64,000 bases of DNA from Terriglobia bacterium (lineage in GTDB: Bacteria > Acidobacteriota > Terriglobia > 2-12-FULL-54-10), in assembly GCA_963666975.2 (NCBI GenBank), contig CAXVYR010000004.1, forward strand, positions 736,001 to 800,000. Direction: 5' to 3'. The position numbers and the translations under genes are program-made. Positions 41,685 to 51,525 of this stretch are shown here, in pieces. Positions within the stretch are counted from its first letter, which is position 1. Every line of letters starts with the position of its first letter. The notes under the pieces were generated by a model that did not search any database, was not told the origin of the DNA, and saw only the letters and a list, made by a program, of their open reading frames with translations.

Positions 41685-41890
41685 CGTTTTCACTCCTTTT
41701 CAGTTCCAGATATATAAGTTGCCCTCGCCCAGCTGGGAGGCTCTATAGCAGCTCCCACGTAAGTTTACCCCCTGGATCGGGTCTTCTCCGAAGTACAGGT
41801 TCCTCTCCGTGACATTGACTTCCGTAATTACCTTTCCAACCGAACTCTACCGTGACACAGCAAAACACCCAACAGGAACACCTTTCCTTT
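41685..41890 (-). repeat. Duplicated 5' leader (second copy ~51526-51732)
   Basis: Near-identical ~200 bp upstream of paralogs 5 and 8; identity continues ~350 bp into both CDSs. Confidence 0.85.
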
Positions 41891-42039
41891 TTATTGAAGC
41901 TTGATTCGATAGGGCAGCCGACGTACGCTTTTTGAGGAACGGGGGAAGTTCGATAACGGACATGCCGGTTTCGGCTGCCCCCTATCATCCTCCCCCGCCT
42001 CCTTTCGGGTTTTCGTCCATCCCCGTCCTAGTGATGGAA

Positions 42040-45000
42040 CTAGAAGGTAAACTTCAACCCAAACTGAATCTGCCGGGATGTATTTGCCGTAGTAGTGATC
42101 CGGCCCGCTATCGGCAAGTGGAAATTGCTGGGAGAGGCAAAGACATTCGGGTTGGGTTCGAAGAAGTTCGGGTGGTTGAAGATATTGAAGAATTCTGCCC
42201 GAAATTGCATGTTATTGCTCTCTCCCCAGCGAGTATTTTTCACAAACGAAATATCAAAGTTTGTCAAGCCGGGCCCAATAATGGTGTTGCGCCCGGCGTT
42301 TCCAAAAAATCCCGCAGGTTGCACCTCGAAGGAACAAGGATCAAACCACCGAGCCGGATCGCCCAACTTTTGACCGGCGGGAACACCGAGGCACCCAACA
42401 CTAACGCCGCTCGTGGGGTTATTGCTTCGCCCTGCAACCAATTCCGGCCGGACTGGCGTAAAGATACTCGCAGCTAAACCCGCAGCTCTGTCAAAGAAGG
42501 AACTTGCGGAAGTCGGTAAACCTGAATTCAGGGTGACAATTCCAGAAACCTCCCATCCTCCAAGCAACTTTGCCCCGACTCCTGTGAGATTTCCTCCGAT
42601 GGCGCGATTTGGGCCTATCGGCAACTCGTACGTGTATGTTGTGTTAAAGACATGCCGTCGGTCAAAATCCGAAAGACCCCGGTCGCAAGCCACGCAGGCC
42701 GGATTGGAAATATCCTGTCTTCGGTTTCCACCCGCTTCTCCTATACGGATATTGGAGGAGTCGTCCATTGACTTGGACCATGTATAGTTCGCCGACATCG
42801 CGAAACCACTGGACAAAGCCTTCTGGGCAGAAATTTGCAAGGAGCTATAGGAAGAATTAGCCTCAAAGTACCGCAATCCGAGGTTGCCAAAGTTCGGGTT
42901 GTGCCGCTTTCCAAAATTCTCCGGTGGGACGAAGTATCTTCCATTCGGCAAGATCACTGAATCCGCATAGTTGGCATCGCGCCCCAAACCTAAATGGCGG
43001 CCCAAAGAGCCTACGTAACCAATTTGGAGGGCGATTTGGCCCGGCAATTGGTGCTGGACATTTAGATTAAATTGCATCGTGCTGGGACCTGCGGTAGCAT
43101 TGTAATCATTCGGCTCGTCCACAGAGGAAACTATTGGGCTGCTCGGGATGCCATTTACAAAAGGATTCGGGAAGGGCGGGGAAAACGTAACCACGTTCGT
43201 CGTCAGAGGTTGGAACTGTGTCCAGAAGGTAAAGAGGTGGGCCAGCACCGGTTCATAAGCTATTCCAAAGCCGCCCCGTACGGCTGTTTGCCCGTTGCCA
43301 AACACATCCCAAGCAATTCCGAATCGGGGAGCTATGTTCCCGAGAGTCGGGTTGTCACGGAAGGGATGCTTCACCACAGAACAGCAGACATCATTAACTG
43401 GGTCCTCCACTACACCGAACAACCCGTCGAAGCGTTCCCTGGCATTTGTAGCTTGGGTTTGGAACTCGTAGCGAATCCCCAAGTTCAGGGTGAGCCGCTG
43501 GTTCAGACGCCAATCATCCTGGAGGTAGAAGGCATACAACGATTGCCGCCAATTGGCTCTGGGGTCAGCTCCCGGAATGGCCCCACGAAATGTCCGGGCA
43601 TCGTTGTCGAGAAAAGTTTCCAGCGTAGCGAATGTGTACTCACCGGTCACCAGATATTCGTAAAACCAACGGTCCCGGAAGCGTTCGTGAAGTGCACCTA
43701 TCTTGATAGTGTGGTCTCCGCGGCTAATTGTTACGTCGTCACTAAACTGGAAGGAATTTCGAAGGGTATCGGTGTTATTGGCAAAAGATCCAGTTCCAAA
43801 GCGACCTACGCCGCCGATATTGATCAGGCCTATCCTCTTGTATTCTGGAACGAACCGCAAAATTTCCGGCTCTTCAGCGCCATTCCCCTGATGCCCGATG
43901 CGTGTATTGCTAAACCTAAATGAATTTAGGAGGGTCGGGGAGAGAATAGCTGTCCATTGCAGAGTCGTGAAATAGCTGGCGCTGTCGGCGGTTTTCGGGC
44001 CTCCGAAGTCGGGAAGGGGGGAAGAATTATAGGGATCTGACATGTTTCCCCGATCCTGGGTGTATCGACCGAAGAGGCTGTGGTTATCAGACAGTTGGTG
44101 ATCAAGCCGGACTTGGAAGAAATTTTGAGTGGTGGGCTGAGTGGCGGAAGTTGTGTGCTGTTGAACCCCCCCCCCAATCTCAGGTCCATTAGGTACTGGA
44201 AATAGAGCCAGGAAAGGTTCCACTACTGGATCCACTGTTACTGTTTTGTTCGGAAGGATGCCCTGCCGTGCCGCCATCGAGGGTATAAAAGCCACTCTAG
44301 TTACCCCTAAGCGGTCTCGTAAGCCCTCATACACCCCAAAGAAAAAGGTCCGGTCCTGGACAATCGGCCCGCCGATCGAACCGCCAAATTGGTTCCTCAC
44401 GAAATGCGGGGTGGGTTCATTGGGGTCATCGAAAAAGTTCTTGGCGTCCAGCGCGGCGTTCCGCAGAAACTCGAAAGCGGATCCATGTAGCGCGTTGCCC
44501 CCACTCCGCGTGACCACATTGATGACCGCTCCATTCGTTCTTCCGTATTCGGCACTGTAGTTATTGGTCAACAGCCGAAACTCCCGAATGGCGTCCACCC
44601 CCAGATTTCGCCCCCCCACGCCCGAGCCAGCTCGGTAGAAGAAACTATTGATATTGGTTCCGTCTAACAACGTAATGCTCTGAGTGGGCCGCGAGCCAGC
44701 CACAGAAAACCAAGCAGTAGATTGGGCAAAGCCAGGAACGCCTCCTGCGGCAGGACGAGCTAAAAACACTCCTGGTTGTAGAAGAACCAACTGATCGAAA
44801 CTGCGGCCATTCAATGGTATTTCGCGAATGGTCCCTCCTTCGACAAGCGAGGTGACCGCTGAATTGGTCGTTTCCACTAGGGGAGCCTCTCCGGTGACGG
44901 TAACCGTTTCTGCCACGGCCCCCACCTGCATAGTCATATTCACCACCGCTTCTCGTCCAACCGTCAAAGTAATTCCAGCGCGCACCATGGTCTGGAATCC

Positions 45001-45258
45001 AGCAGTCTCGGCCGTCACTACGTAACCACCCAGCCCGAGCTGGAGAGCGGCGTAGCGTCCCTCGGTGCTTGTGGTGACTGTCCGTGAGATACCCGTTTCT
45101 ACATTTCTTACTGTTACGGTTGCGCCGGGAATGACAGCCCCGGTTGAATCGCTGACAGTTCCGCTGATTGTTGCAGTGGTCACCTGTCCCAGTGCCTGAC
45201 TGCCAGTAAGCAGGCTAAAAACCAGCAACAAGACTCCACTCCAGATATGTTTTACCAT
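42040..45258 (-). CDS. TonB-dependent receptor, Oar-like
   Basis: Signal peptide, IPLNGRSFDQL, FLRNAALDAKNFF, RNQFGG, terminal RQIQFGLKFTF. Confidence 0.94.
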   Translation of the reverse strand: MVKHIWSGVLLLVFSLLTGSQALGQVTTATISGTVSDSTGAVIPGATVTVRNVETGISRTVTTSTEGRYAALQLGLGGYVVTAETAGFQTMVRAGITLTVGREAVVNMTMQVGAVAETVTVTGEAPLVETTNSAVTSLVEGGTIREIPLNGRSFDQLVLLQPGVFLARPAAGGVPGFAQSTAWFSVAGSRPTQSITLLDGTNINSFFYRAGSGVGGRNLGVDAIREFRLLTNNYSAEYGRTNGAVINVVTRSGGNALHGSAFEFLRNAALDAKNFFDDPNEPTPHFVRNQFGGSIGGPIVQDRTFFFGVYEGLRDRLGVTRVAFIPSMAARQGILPNKTVTVDPVVEPFLALFPVPNGPEIGGGVQQHTTSATQPTTQNFFQVRLDHQLSDNHSLFGRYTQDRGNMSDPYNSSPLPDFGGPKTADSASYFTTLQWTAILSPTLLNSFRFSNTRIGHQGNGAEEPEILRFVPEYKRIGLINIGGVGRFGTGSFANNTDTLRNSFQFSDDVTISRGDHTIKIGALHERFRDRWFYEYLVTGEYTFATLETFLDNDARTFRGAIPGADPRANWRQSLYAFYLQDDWRLNQRLTLNLGIRYEFQTQATNARERFDGLFGVVEDPVNDVCCSVVKHPFRDNPTLGNIAPRFGIAWDVFGNGQTAVRGGFGIAYEPVLAHLFTFWTQFQPLTTNVVTFSPPFPNPFVNGIPSSPIVSSVDEPNDYNATAGPSTMQFNLNVQHQLPGQIALQIGYVGSLGRHLGLGRDANYADSVILPNGRYFVPPENFGKRHNPNFGNLGLRYFEANSSYSSLQISAQKALSSGFAMSANYTWSKSMDDSSNIRIGEAGGNRRQDISNPACVACDRGLSDFDRRHVFNTTYTYELPIGPNRAIGGNLTGVGAKLLGGWEVSGIVTLNSGLPTSASSFFDRAAGLAASIFTPVRPELVAGRSNNPTSGVSVGCLGVPAGQKLGDPARWFDPCSFEVQPAGFFGNAGRNTIIGPGLTNFDISFVKNTRWGESNNMQFRAEFFNIFNHPNFFEPNPNVFASPSNFHLPIAGRITTTANTSRQIQFGLKFTF

Positions 45259-45348
45259 TTCACCCTCCGTAAGGTTGGACGTGCTTAATTGTTCCCGATT
45301 AAGGATAATCCCTGCCTCGTCACTCTGTTCCCGAGCTGCAATTTATTG

Positions 45349-45363
45349 GCAATTCATGTGCCA
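45349..45363 (-). promoter_or_regulatory. Sigma54 -24/-12 promoter
   Basis: Minus strand TGGCAC-ATGAA-TTGC, ~90 bp upstream of the TBDR ATG, with an AT-rich tract further upstream. Confidence 0.72.
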
Positions 45364-45540
45364 AAGACAACCCCAAACAAGGTGAACAAAACAAAGCCGT
45401 TTAACAGCTTTGGAAGTTTCAAAACCTTAGATTAATACAAAAATCAATATTTCTGAAGCTAAATAATACAACATATTATATATCTATGGTTCGCCGAGTC
45501 GGTCCGTTTGGAGCCCTTCTCCTGTCGGCATAGGCTGCGA

Positions 45541-47448
45541 TCAGAAGTTCGCATCTTTATACGCGACTTTCCCCCCTAGGACCGTCATCAGAGTCTTAAT
45601 TTTCATTATTTCGGCCTCGGGAATCGTGAAGTAATCTTTGTCTATGACTACAAAATCGGCCAGCTTCCCCGGCTCCAAAGAGCCCAGCCGATCTTCCCGG
45701 AGCAAAATCTTTGCCGACCAAGTGGTCATCGCCCGCAGCGCCGAGATGCGGTCAATCCTCTGTTCGGGACCCAAAGCTACCATCTCCGTCCGACGCGTCC
45801 CGCTACCGAATTCCCCAAAGGCCACTTCTGTCACCGGCGCAACCCAAACTCCTATATGCGGCCAGATGGAGTCGCGGTAAGGGAAGTTCGCCGAGAGGCT
45901 ATTGAGGAAGTCCTCGGCATCATCACCTATTTGGGAGATGCCCACATCGGTGCCAATGTTAAATGGAATCCCCGCATCCACAAGACTCTTCAACGGTGAA
46001 ACCCAGGACACATGTCCCGGTTTATAAAAATTGCGCGCATTGTACAACCCCCGGGCAAGTCGAGCACCCTGAAAGTCCAGCGTGAAGCCATACTTCTTGA
46101 TCAGAGGGATCTGTTCGGGGCGGATCAAGGGACTATGGTCGAACAACCATCCCTGTTCTCGGATGTCCTCCAGGGTGTGGGTTCCTTTCCGGATAACTTC
46201 TTCGACCAAGGCAAAGGCCCTATCCAAAACTTTATCACCAGGCCGCGAATGCAAACCAAACAGTCTTAGGCCAGCTTCCGCAGCCGCCAAATGACCCTGG
46301 TACTGCAACGAATCAGCAGGGATGCAGGTCGGAAAGGGACCCGGGCCTCCAAACAACCTTTTTTGAAGCTCCTCCGTTTTGGCTATCTCCGATACGCAGG
46401 CGCCTTGGGAATTGTCCCAGGCCTCCCAACCCACGCCCACGTTCCACAAGTAATCGCTGCCCTGACCGAGAAAATTTCCCAGCAGCCGGTAATACTCCAT
46501 AGGGTCCTTCGACCCATAGAAACCGCTTTCATGGGACCAGGCAAACCGCTGCGGCATCTTCCCTTGCCGATCCAACGTATTCAAGGCATTGAAGAACTCC
46601 GTATTGACTTCTCCGTGAGTCCCCACCGTGGTCACGCCATAGTTCACAAAGTCCTGCATCTCCCGGCTTGCCAAGTCCGCCGCCAGGTCTGTTTTACCCT
46701 TAAGAATGACTCCCCACACCAAATCATAGGGGATACGAACCGAACCGGCGGGCTCGTAGCCGAGTGTCTCAATCATCATCTCACGGGCCTTGGTATTGGC
46801 AACGCTGGCACAACAGCCGCTTACTATCACCACCGGCGTGTCCGGGGCAATTCTGTCCAAATCGGTCCGTCTGATCCTACCCCCAGGATTGTAGTCAGGA
46901 AATAAGCGCCCATGTTGGGGGTATCGTGGCATCTCCCCCTGCATTCGTTGGGGAATGCTGGCCATCACCCATTGGTCCTTTCCTTGCTTCTGGATCCGCT
47001 GTTGAATAACCAACTCCAGGTTCCTCCGAACCTCCTCAAAATTCTTCCCATGGGCATAAGCCGGCTCCAGTTGTGGAAGGACTTGACCGCCATAATGCCA
47101 CCATGCCCAGAGATGGGGATGCGTGTGAACATCAATAAGGCCAGGTACAACCGTTCTTCCTTTTAGATCAATCATCTGGGTTTGTGGTCCCGCCAATTGC
47201 CGAATCTCCCGGTCCGTCCCCAACGTCCAAATCCGGTCTCCTCGGATTGCCATGGCTTGGTAGGTCGTCAGATTGTTGTCCATGGTGCCCACCTTCCCGT
47301 TGTAGACAATCAGGGTAGGATAGACTGCTAACTTCTCTAAGGTAACCCGTGAAGGAGATTGCGCCTGTAGGTTGCCTATGGTAACCAAAAAAAACGGAAT
47401 CACTAACAGACAAGTAGAAACTGTGAAACCGGGAATTGATTTCTTCAT
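45541..47448 (-). CDS. Secreted amidohydrolase paralog 6
   Basis: DVHTHP, SGCC, LHSRPGD, FDH, GTD. Confidence 0.93.
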   Translation of the reverse strand: MKKSIPGFTVSTCLLVIPFFLVTIGNLQAQSPSRVTLEKLAVYPTLIVYNGKVGTMDNNLTTYQAMAIRGDRIWTLGTDREIRQLAGPQTQMIDLKGRTVVPGLIDVHTHPHLWAWWHYGGQVLPQLEPAYAHGKNFEEVRRNLELVIQQRIQKQGKDQWVMASIPQRMQGEMPRYPQHGRLFPDYNPGGRIRRTDLDRIAPDTPVVIVSGCCASVANTKAREMMIETLGYEPAGSVRIPYDLVWGVILKGKTDLAADLASREMQDFVNYGVTTVGTHGEVNTEFFNALNTLDRQGKMPQRFAWSHESGFYGSKDPMEYYRLLGNFLGQGSDYLWNVGVGWEAWDNSQGACVSEIAKTEELQKRLFGGPGPFPTCIPADSLQYQGHLAAAEAGLRLFGLHSRPGDKVLDRAFALVEEVIRKGTHTLEDIREQGWLFDHSPLIRPEQIPLIKKYGFTLDFQGARLARGLYNARNFYKPGHVSWVSPLKSLVDAGIPFNIGTDVGISQIGDDAEDFLNSLSANFPYRDSIWPHIGVWVAPVTEVAFGEFGSGTRRTEMVALGPEQRIDRISALRAMTTWSAKILLREDRLGSLEPGKLADFVVIDKDYFTIPEAEIMKIKTLMTVLGGKVAYKDANF

Positions 47449-47700
47449 GATGTCCTTCTCCTCCACTGCCTTAGAAAGTTCATACCCTTCGGTAGTATCG
47501 GTACTAAATGAAATAGCAAAAGGACACGCTCCGGCAGATTTATCTTCTCGAAGCAGTCCGCAGATGTATCTGTATACTTACCCATGACTTTCGTGCGAAC
47601 AGAGGATCAGAAGTTCGGAGCTTGGTAGACAATCTTGCCTCCTAAAGCTGTCATCAGAGTATTAATATTCATTATTTCGGCCTCGGGAATCGTGAAGTAA
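47449..47700 (-). repeat. Duplicated gene-junction block (second copy ~49455-49705)
   Basis: 3' end of the upstream gene, spacer (aaaaggacacgctccgg...tgcgaacagagga) and start of the next gene are repeated. Confidence 0.85.
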
Positions 47701-49454
47701 TCCTTGTCAAGGACCACAAAATCGGCTAGCTTGCCCGGTTCCAGCGAGCCCAGACGATCCCAACGCAGCAGGTACTTTGCGCCTTCGTTGGTCCAGCCCC
47801 GCAACGCCGTCACTCGGTCGATTCGTTCCTCCGGCACCCAGACCCTTCCATTCAGTTCACGAGTTACCCACCAGCCAACCCATGGCCACACGGAATCACG
47901 GTAGGGAAAATCCGCAGCCAAGTTGTTCCAAAAACGCTCGCCTTTCCCAGGAAGAGTCCCGACGTGTGTGTCGGTTCCAAAAACCACTCGCACCCCTGAG
48001 GCGATTAGGCTTTTGAGAGGCGCCATCCATTTTAGATAGTCTGTGCCGAACTGATTTTCTACCATTGACCAGCGGCCTGCAAAATGGCACGGCATAAAGT
48101 TCAACCAAAAACCGTACTTTGCAAAGTTAGCAATTTGATCTGGTCGAGTCCACAGGTTGTGATCGAAGCCCCATCCTGGCTCGATTATATTTTCAAGTGT
48201 AGTTGCTCCTGAACGGATGGCCTCCTCTGCAAGAGAAAAAGCTCGATCATACCCAAGGTCTCCCGTCAACCCGTGAACATCCACAAGACGCAAACCTGCT
48301 TTGACGGCAGCCAAATGTCCCTGGTAGCTCTTCGAATCGTCTGGTATACATGGATTGTATTGCAGTCGATCTTGAACTTGTTGGGAGTTCTCATTGTTCT
48401 GTTGTGCAGACAGGCAATCCCCGAAAGCATCCCAGACCTCCCAGCCTACACCAAAGTTCCACAGATGGTCGTTGCCCTGACCTACAAAGTTACCGAGCAA
48501 TCTATAGAACTCCGCTGGATCTTTCCCAAAAAATCCACTCTCGTGGCTCCAGGCAAAACGTTGCGGCAGTGTGCCTTCCCGTTCCATCAGATTGATCGCG
48601 TTAAAAACTTCCGAGTTCACTTCCCCATGAGTTGCAATTGTGGTGACGCCATACTCCACAAACTCCTGCATCTCACGTCCGATCAGGTCTGCTGCCTTGC
48701 GAGTTTGCCCAGCCAGAACGACAGCAAAAGTTGTGTCGTAAAGTACGCGAACTCCAACATGTTCGTAGCCTGTCATATCCTGCATGATCTCTTTAGCTTT
48801 GGTATTGCCGAAAGCCCAGCAACAGCCGGACAAAACCGCTATAGGTGTGTTGGGTGCGATTTCGTCCATCATATCGCGCGTGATTAACCCAGTCACAGGA
48901 CGCGGTTCATAGTCATAGCTGATGGGATAGGTTACCAGCTTGTCTTGCATTCTATGGGGCACCAAGGCGAAGACCCACTTCCCAACCCCTGTTTCTGCAA
49001 TACGCGCCTTTACGGCTGGTGTAAAGTTGGCCACTACCTCCTCCGGAGTCTCTCCGTCGATGTAAACGGGCTCCAGTTGAGGATCGATTTCCCCACCAAA
49101 ATGCCACAATCCCCACATCTGCGGATGCGTGTGCACATCAATCAGACCGGGCGTCACCGTCCGGCCTTTTAGGTCAACCAGTTGAGTTTCTGGCCCGGCC
49201 AAACCTTTGATCTCTTGGTCGGTCCCCAATCTCCATACGAGGTCTCCTCGCAGAGCCATGGCTTGATGGAAGCTCAGAGCCTCATCCATCGTCGCAATCT
49301 TACCGTTGTAGACAATCAGGGTGGGAAAGACCGCTAACTTCTCTAATGTAGCCCGCGAAGGAGATTGAGCCTGCAGACTTCCTAAGGTCAACAAAAAAAT
49401 GGCACTCACTACTAGACAAGTAGAAATTGTGAAACCGGGAATTGATTTCTTCAT
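47607..49454 (-). CDS. Secreted amidohydrolase paralog 7
   Basis: DVHTHP, SGCC, VHGLTGD, FDH, GTD. Confidence 0.93.
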   Translation of the reverse strand: MKKSIPGFTISTCLVVSAIFLLTLGSLQAQSPSRATLEKLAVFPTLIVYNGKIATMDEALSFHQAMALRGDLVWRLGTDQEIKGLAGPETQLVDLKGRTVTPGLIDVHTHPQMWGLWHFGGEIDPQLEPVYIDGETPEEVVANFTPAVKARIAETGVGKWVFALVPHRMQDKLVTYPISYDYEPRPVTGLITRDMMDEIAPNTPIAVLSGCCWAFGNTKAKEIMQDMTGYEHVGVRVLYDTTFAVVLAGQTRKAADLIGREMQEFVEYGVTTIATHGEVNSEVFNAINLMEREGTLPQRFAWSHESGFFGKDPAEFYRLLGNFVGQGNDHLWNFGVGWEVWDAFGDCLSAQQNNENSQQVQDRLQYNPCIPDDSKSYQGHLAAVKAGLRLVDVHGLTGDLGYDRAFSLAEEAIRSGATTLENIIEPGWGFDHNLWTRPDQIANFAKYGFWLNFMPCHFAGRWSMVENQFGTDYLKWMAPLKSLIASGVRVVFGTDTHVGTLPGKGERFWNNLAADFPYRDSVWPWVGWWVTRELNGRVWVPEERIDRVTALRGWTNEGAKYLLRWDRLGSLEPGKLADFVVLDKDYFTIPEAEIMNINTLMTALGGKIVYQAPNF

Positions 49455-49611
49455 GATGTCCTTCTCCTCCACTGCCATGGAAAATTCATAATCTTGATAC
49501 TATCGGTACTTAATGAACTAGCAAAAGGACACGCTCCGGTAGATTTATTTTCTCGAAGCAGTCCGCAGGCATACCTGCATGCCTCCTGATGACTTTCGTG
49601 CGAACAGAGGA

Positions 49612-51525
49612 TCAGAAGTTCGGAGCTTGGTAGACAATCTTGCCTCCTAAAGCAGTCATCAGAGTCTTAAGTTTCATTATTTCCGGCTCGGGGATCGTGA
49701 AATAATCCTTGTCGATCACTACAAAATCGGCCAGCTTCCCCGGCTCTAATGAGCCCAAACGGTCTTCTCTCAACAACATCTTTGCTGGCCAAGTGGTCGC
49801 CGCTCGCAGCGCGGAAATGCGGTCAATCCTCTGTTCCGGACCCAAAGCTACTGTCTCCGTCCGCCGCTCCCCGCTGCCGAATTCCCCAATGGCCACTTCC
49901 GTCACCCGCTGCACCCAAACCCCGATGTGCGGCCAAATGGAGTCGCGGTAAGGAAAGGGAGCTGATAAGTTAACAAGGAAGTCTTCTGCATCGTTACTTA
50001 GCTGGTTAATACCCACATCAGTACCGAGATTAAACAAGATACCGGCGTCCACCAGACTCTTTACAGGGGTAACCCAGGACACATATTCCGGCTTATAAAA
50101 GTTACGAGCATTGTACAAATCCCTAGCTAGTCGGAAACCCTGAAAGTCCATCTGAAATCCATATTTCTTAATTAGCGGGATCTGGTCGGGGCGAATCAAG
50201 GGGTTATGGTCAAACTCCCACCCCTGTTCCCGGATGTCCTCCAGAGTCCGGCTTCCATTTTTGATCGCTTGTTCGGCGATGGCAAATACGCGGTCTAAGA
50301 CCTTATCACCGAATAAGTTATGCACGTCGTACAGTCGCAGGCCCGCTTCCACCGCCGCCAGATGTGCACGATACTCTAGCGAATCAGCAGGCAAGCAAGT
50401 TTCATAAGGACGTCCCCTGAATTCAAGCCGCTTCTGCAACTCTTCCGTTTTAGCTATCTCCGAGAGGCAACCTCCTGAAGTAGCGCCCCAGGCCTCCCAG
50501 CCCACGCCGACATTCCACAAGAAATCGCTTCCTTGACCCAGAAAATTGCCCAGCAGCCGGTAATACTGCTCCGGGTCCTTGGACCCAAAAAAGCCCGCCT
50601 CATGCGACCAGGCAAACCGCATTGGCATCTTCCCTTCCCGATCCAGTTTATTGACAGCCGAGAAGAACTCCGTGTTGGTCTCCCCGTGCGAGGCAAACGT
50701 GGTCACCCCACGGTTCACAAAGTCCTCCTGCATCTCCCGCCGCGCCAATTCTGCAGCCTTGTCCGTCTTTCCCTTCAGGATCACCCCCCATACCAGATCA
50801 TAGGAAATCCGGGGCCCTGCCGAGGGCTCATAGCCTAGTTCCTGAATCATCAACTCCCGCGCCTTTTTATTGGCCAGCCCCGCGCAGCAACCGCTGATGA
50901 TCACTACTGGTGTGTCCGGTGCCATGTTGTTCAATTCCTCCCGTCGAAACTGTCCGGAAGGATTATAGTTAGGAAACAAATGCCCCAGTTGGGGATAGCG
51001 CTGTACCTCCGCGCTCATCCGGTGGGGAACACTGGCAATCACCCATTGGTCCTTTCCTTGCTTTTGGATCCGCTGTTGAATCACCCGCCGAAGGTTGAGC
51101 TTCACCTCTTCAATGTCCTTCCCACGAGCATAGGCCGGTTCCAGTTCCGGAAGAATTTGCCCCCCAAACGCCCACCAACCCCATAGCTGCGGGTGCGTGT
51201 GCGCATCAATCAGACCCGGCACTACCGTCCTCCCCTTTAGGTCAATCATCAGGGTCTGCGGTCCCGCCAATTCCCGAATCTCACGGTTCGTGCCCAACGT
51301 CCAAATCCGGTCATCTCGGATCGCCATGGCCTGGTAATTCGTCAAATTATTGTCCATCGTGGCGATCTTTCCGTTGTGCACAATTAGAGTAGGATAAACC
51401 GCCACCTTCTCCAGTACGGACATCTCACGGGATTGAGCCCGGGATACCGGAACCGCACCAACCCACGTTAGGAAGGAAAAGAGAATCAATAGATATAATG
51501 TTCCTTTCGTTCCGCATGTCCTCAT
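49612..51525 (-). CDS. Secreted amidohydrolase paralog 8
   Basis: DAHTHP, SGCC, VHNLFGD, FDH, GTD. Confidence 0.93.
   Translation of the reverse strand: MRTCGTKGTLYLLILFSFLTWVGAVPVSRAQSREMSVLEKVAVYPTLIVHNGKIATMDNNLTNYQAMAIRDDRIWTLGTNREIRELAGPQTLMIDLKGRTVVPGLIDAHTHPQLWGWWAFGGQILPELEPAYARGKDIEEVKLNLRRVIQQRIQKQGKDQWVIASVPHRMSAEVQRYPQLGHLFPNYNPSGQFRREELNNMAPDTPVVIISGCCAGLANKKARELMIQELGYEPSAGPRISYDLVWGVILKGKTDKAAELARREMQEDFVNRGVTTFASHGETNTEFFSAVNKLDREGKMPMRFAWSHEAGFFGSKDPEQYYRLLGNFLGQGSDFLWNVGVGWEAWGATSGGCLSEIAKTEELQKRLEFRGRPYETCLPADSLEYRAHLAAVEAGLRLYDVHNLFGDKVLDRVFAIAEQAIKNGSRTLEDIREQGWEFDHNPLIRPDQIPLIKKYGFQMDFQGFRLARDLYNARNFYKPEYVSWVTPVKSLVDAGILFNLGTDVGINQLSNDAEDFLVNLSAPFPYRDSIWPHIGVWVQRVTEVAIGEFGSGERRTETVALGPEQRIDRISALRAATTWPAKMLLREDRLGSLEPGKLADFVVIDKDYFTIPEPEIMKLKTLMTALGGKIVYQAPNF

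Noticed and set aside
41743-41988. 81-aa Cys-rich ORF as a leader peptide
   Set aside because: Its 5' part is not shared with the duplicated copy at ~51.6 kb, and there is no clear RBS or known motif.
39783-51525. Diversity-generating retroelement behind paralog variation
   Set aside because: No reverse transcriptase, and no template/variable repeat pair with adenine-specific differences was seen.
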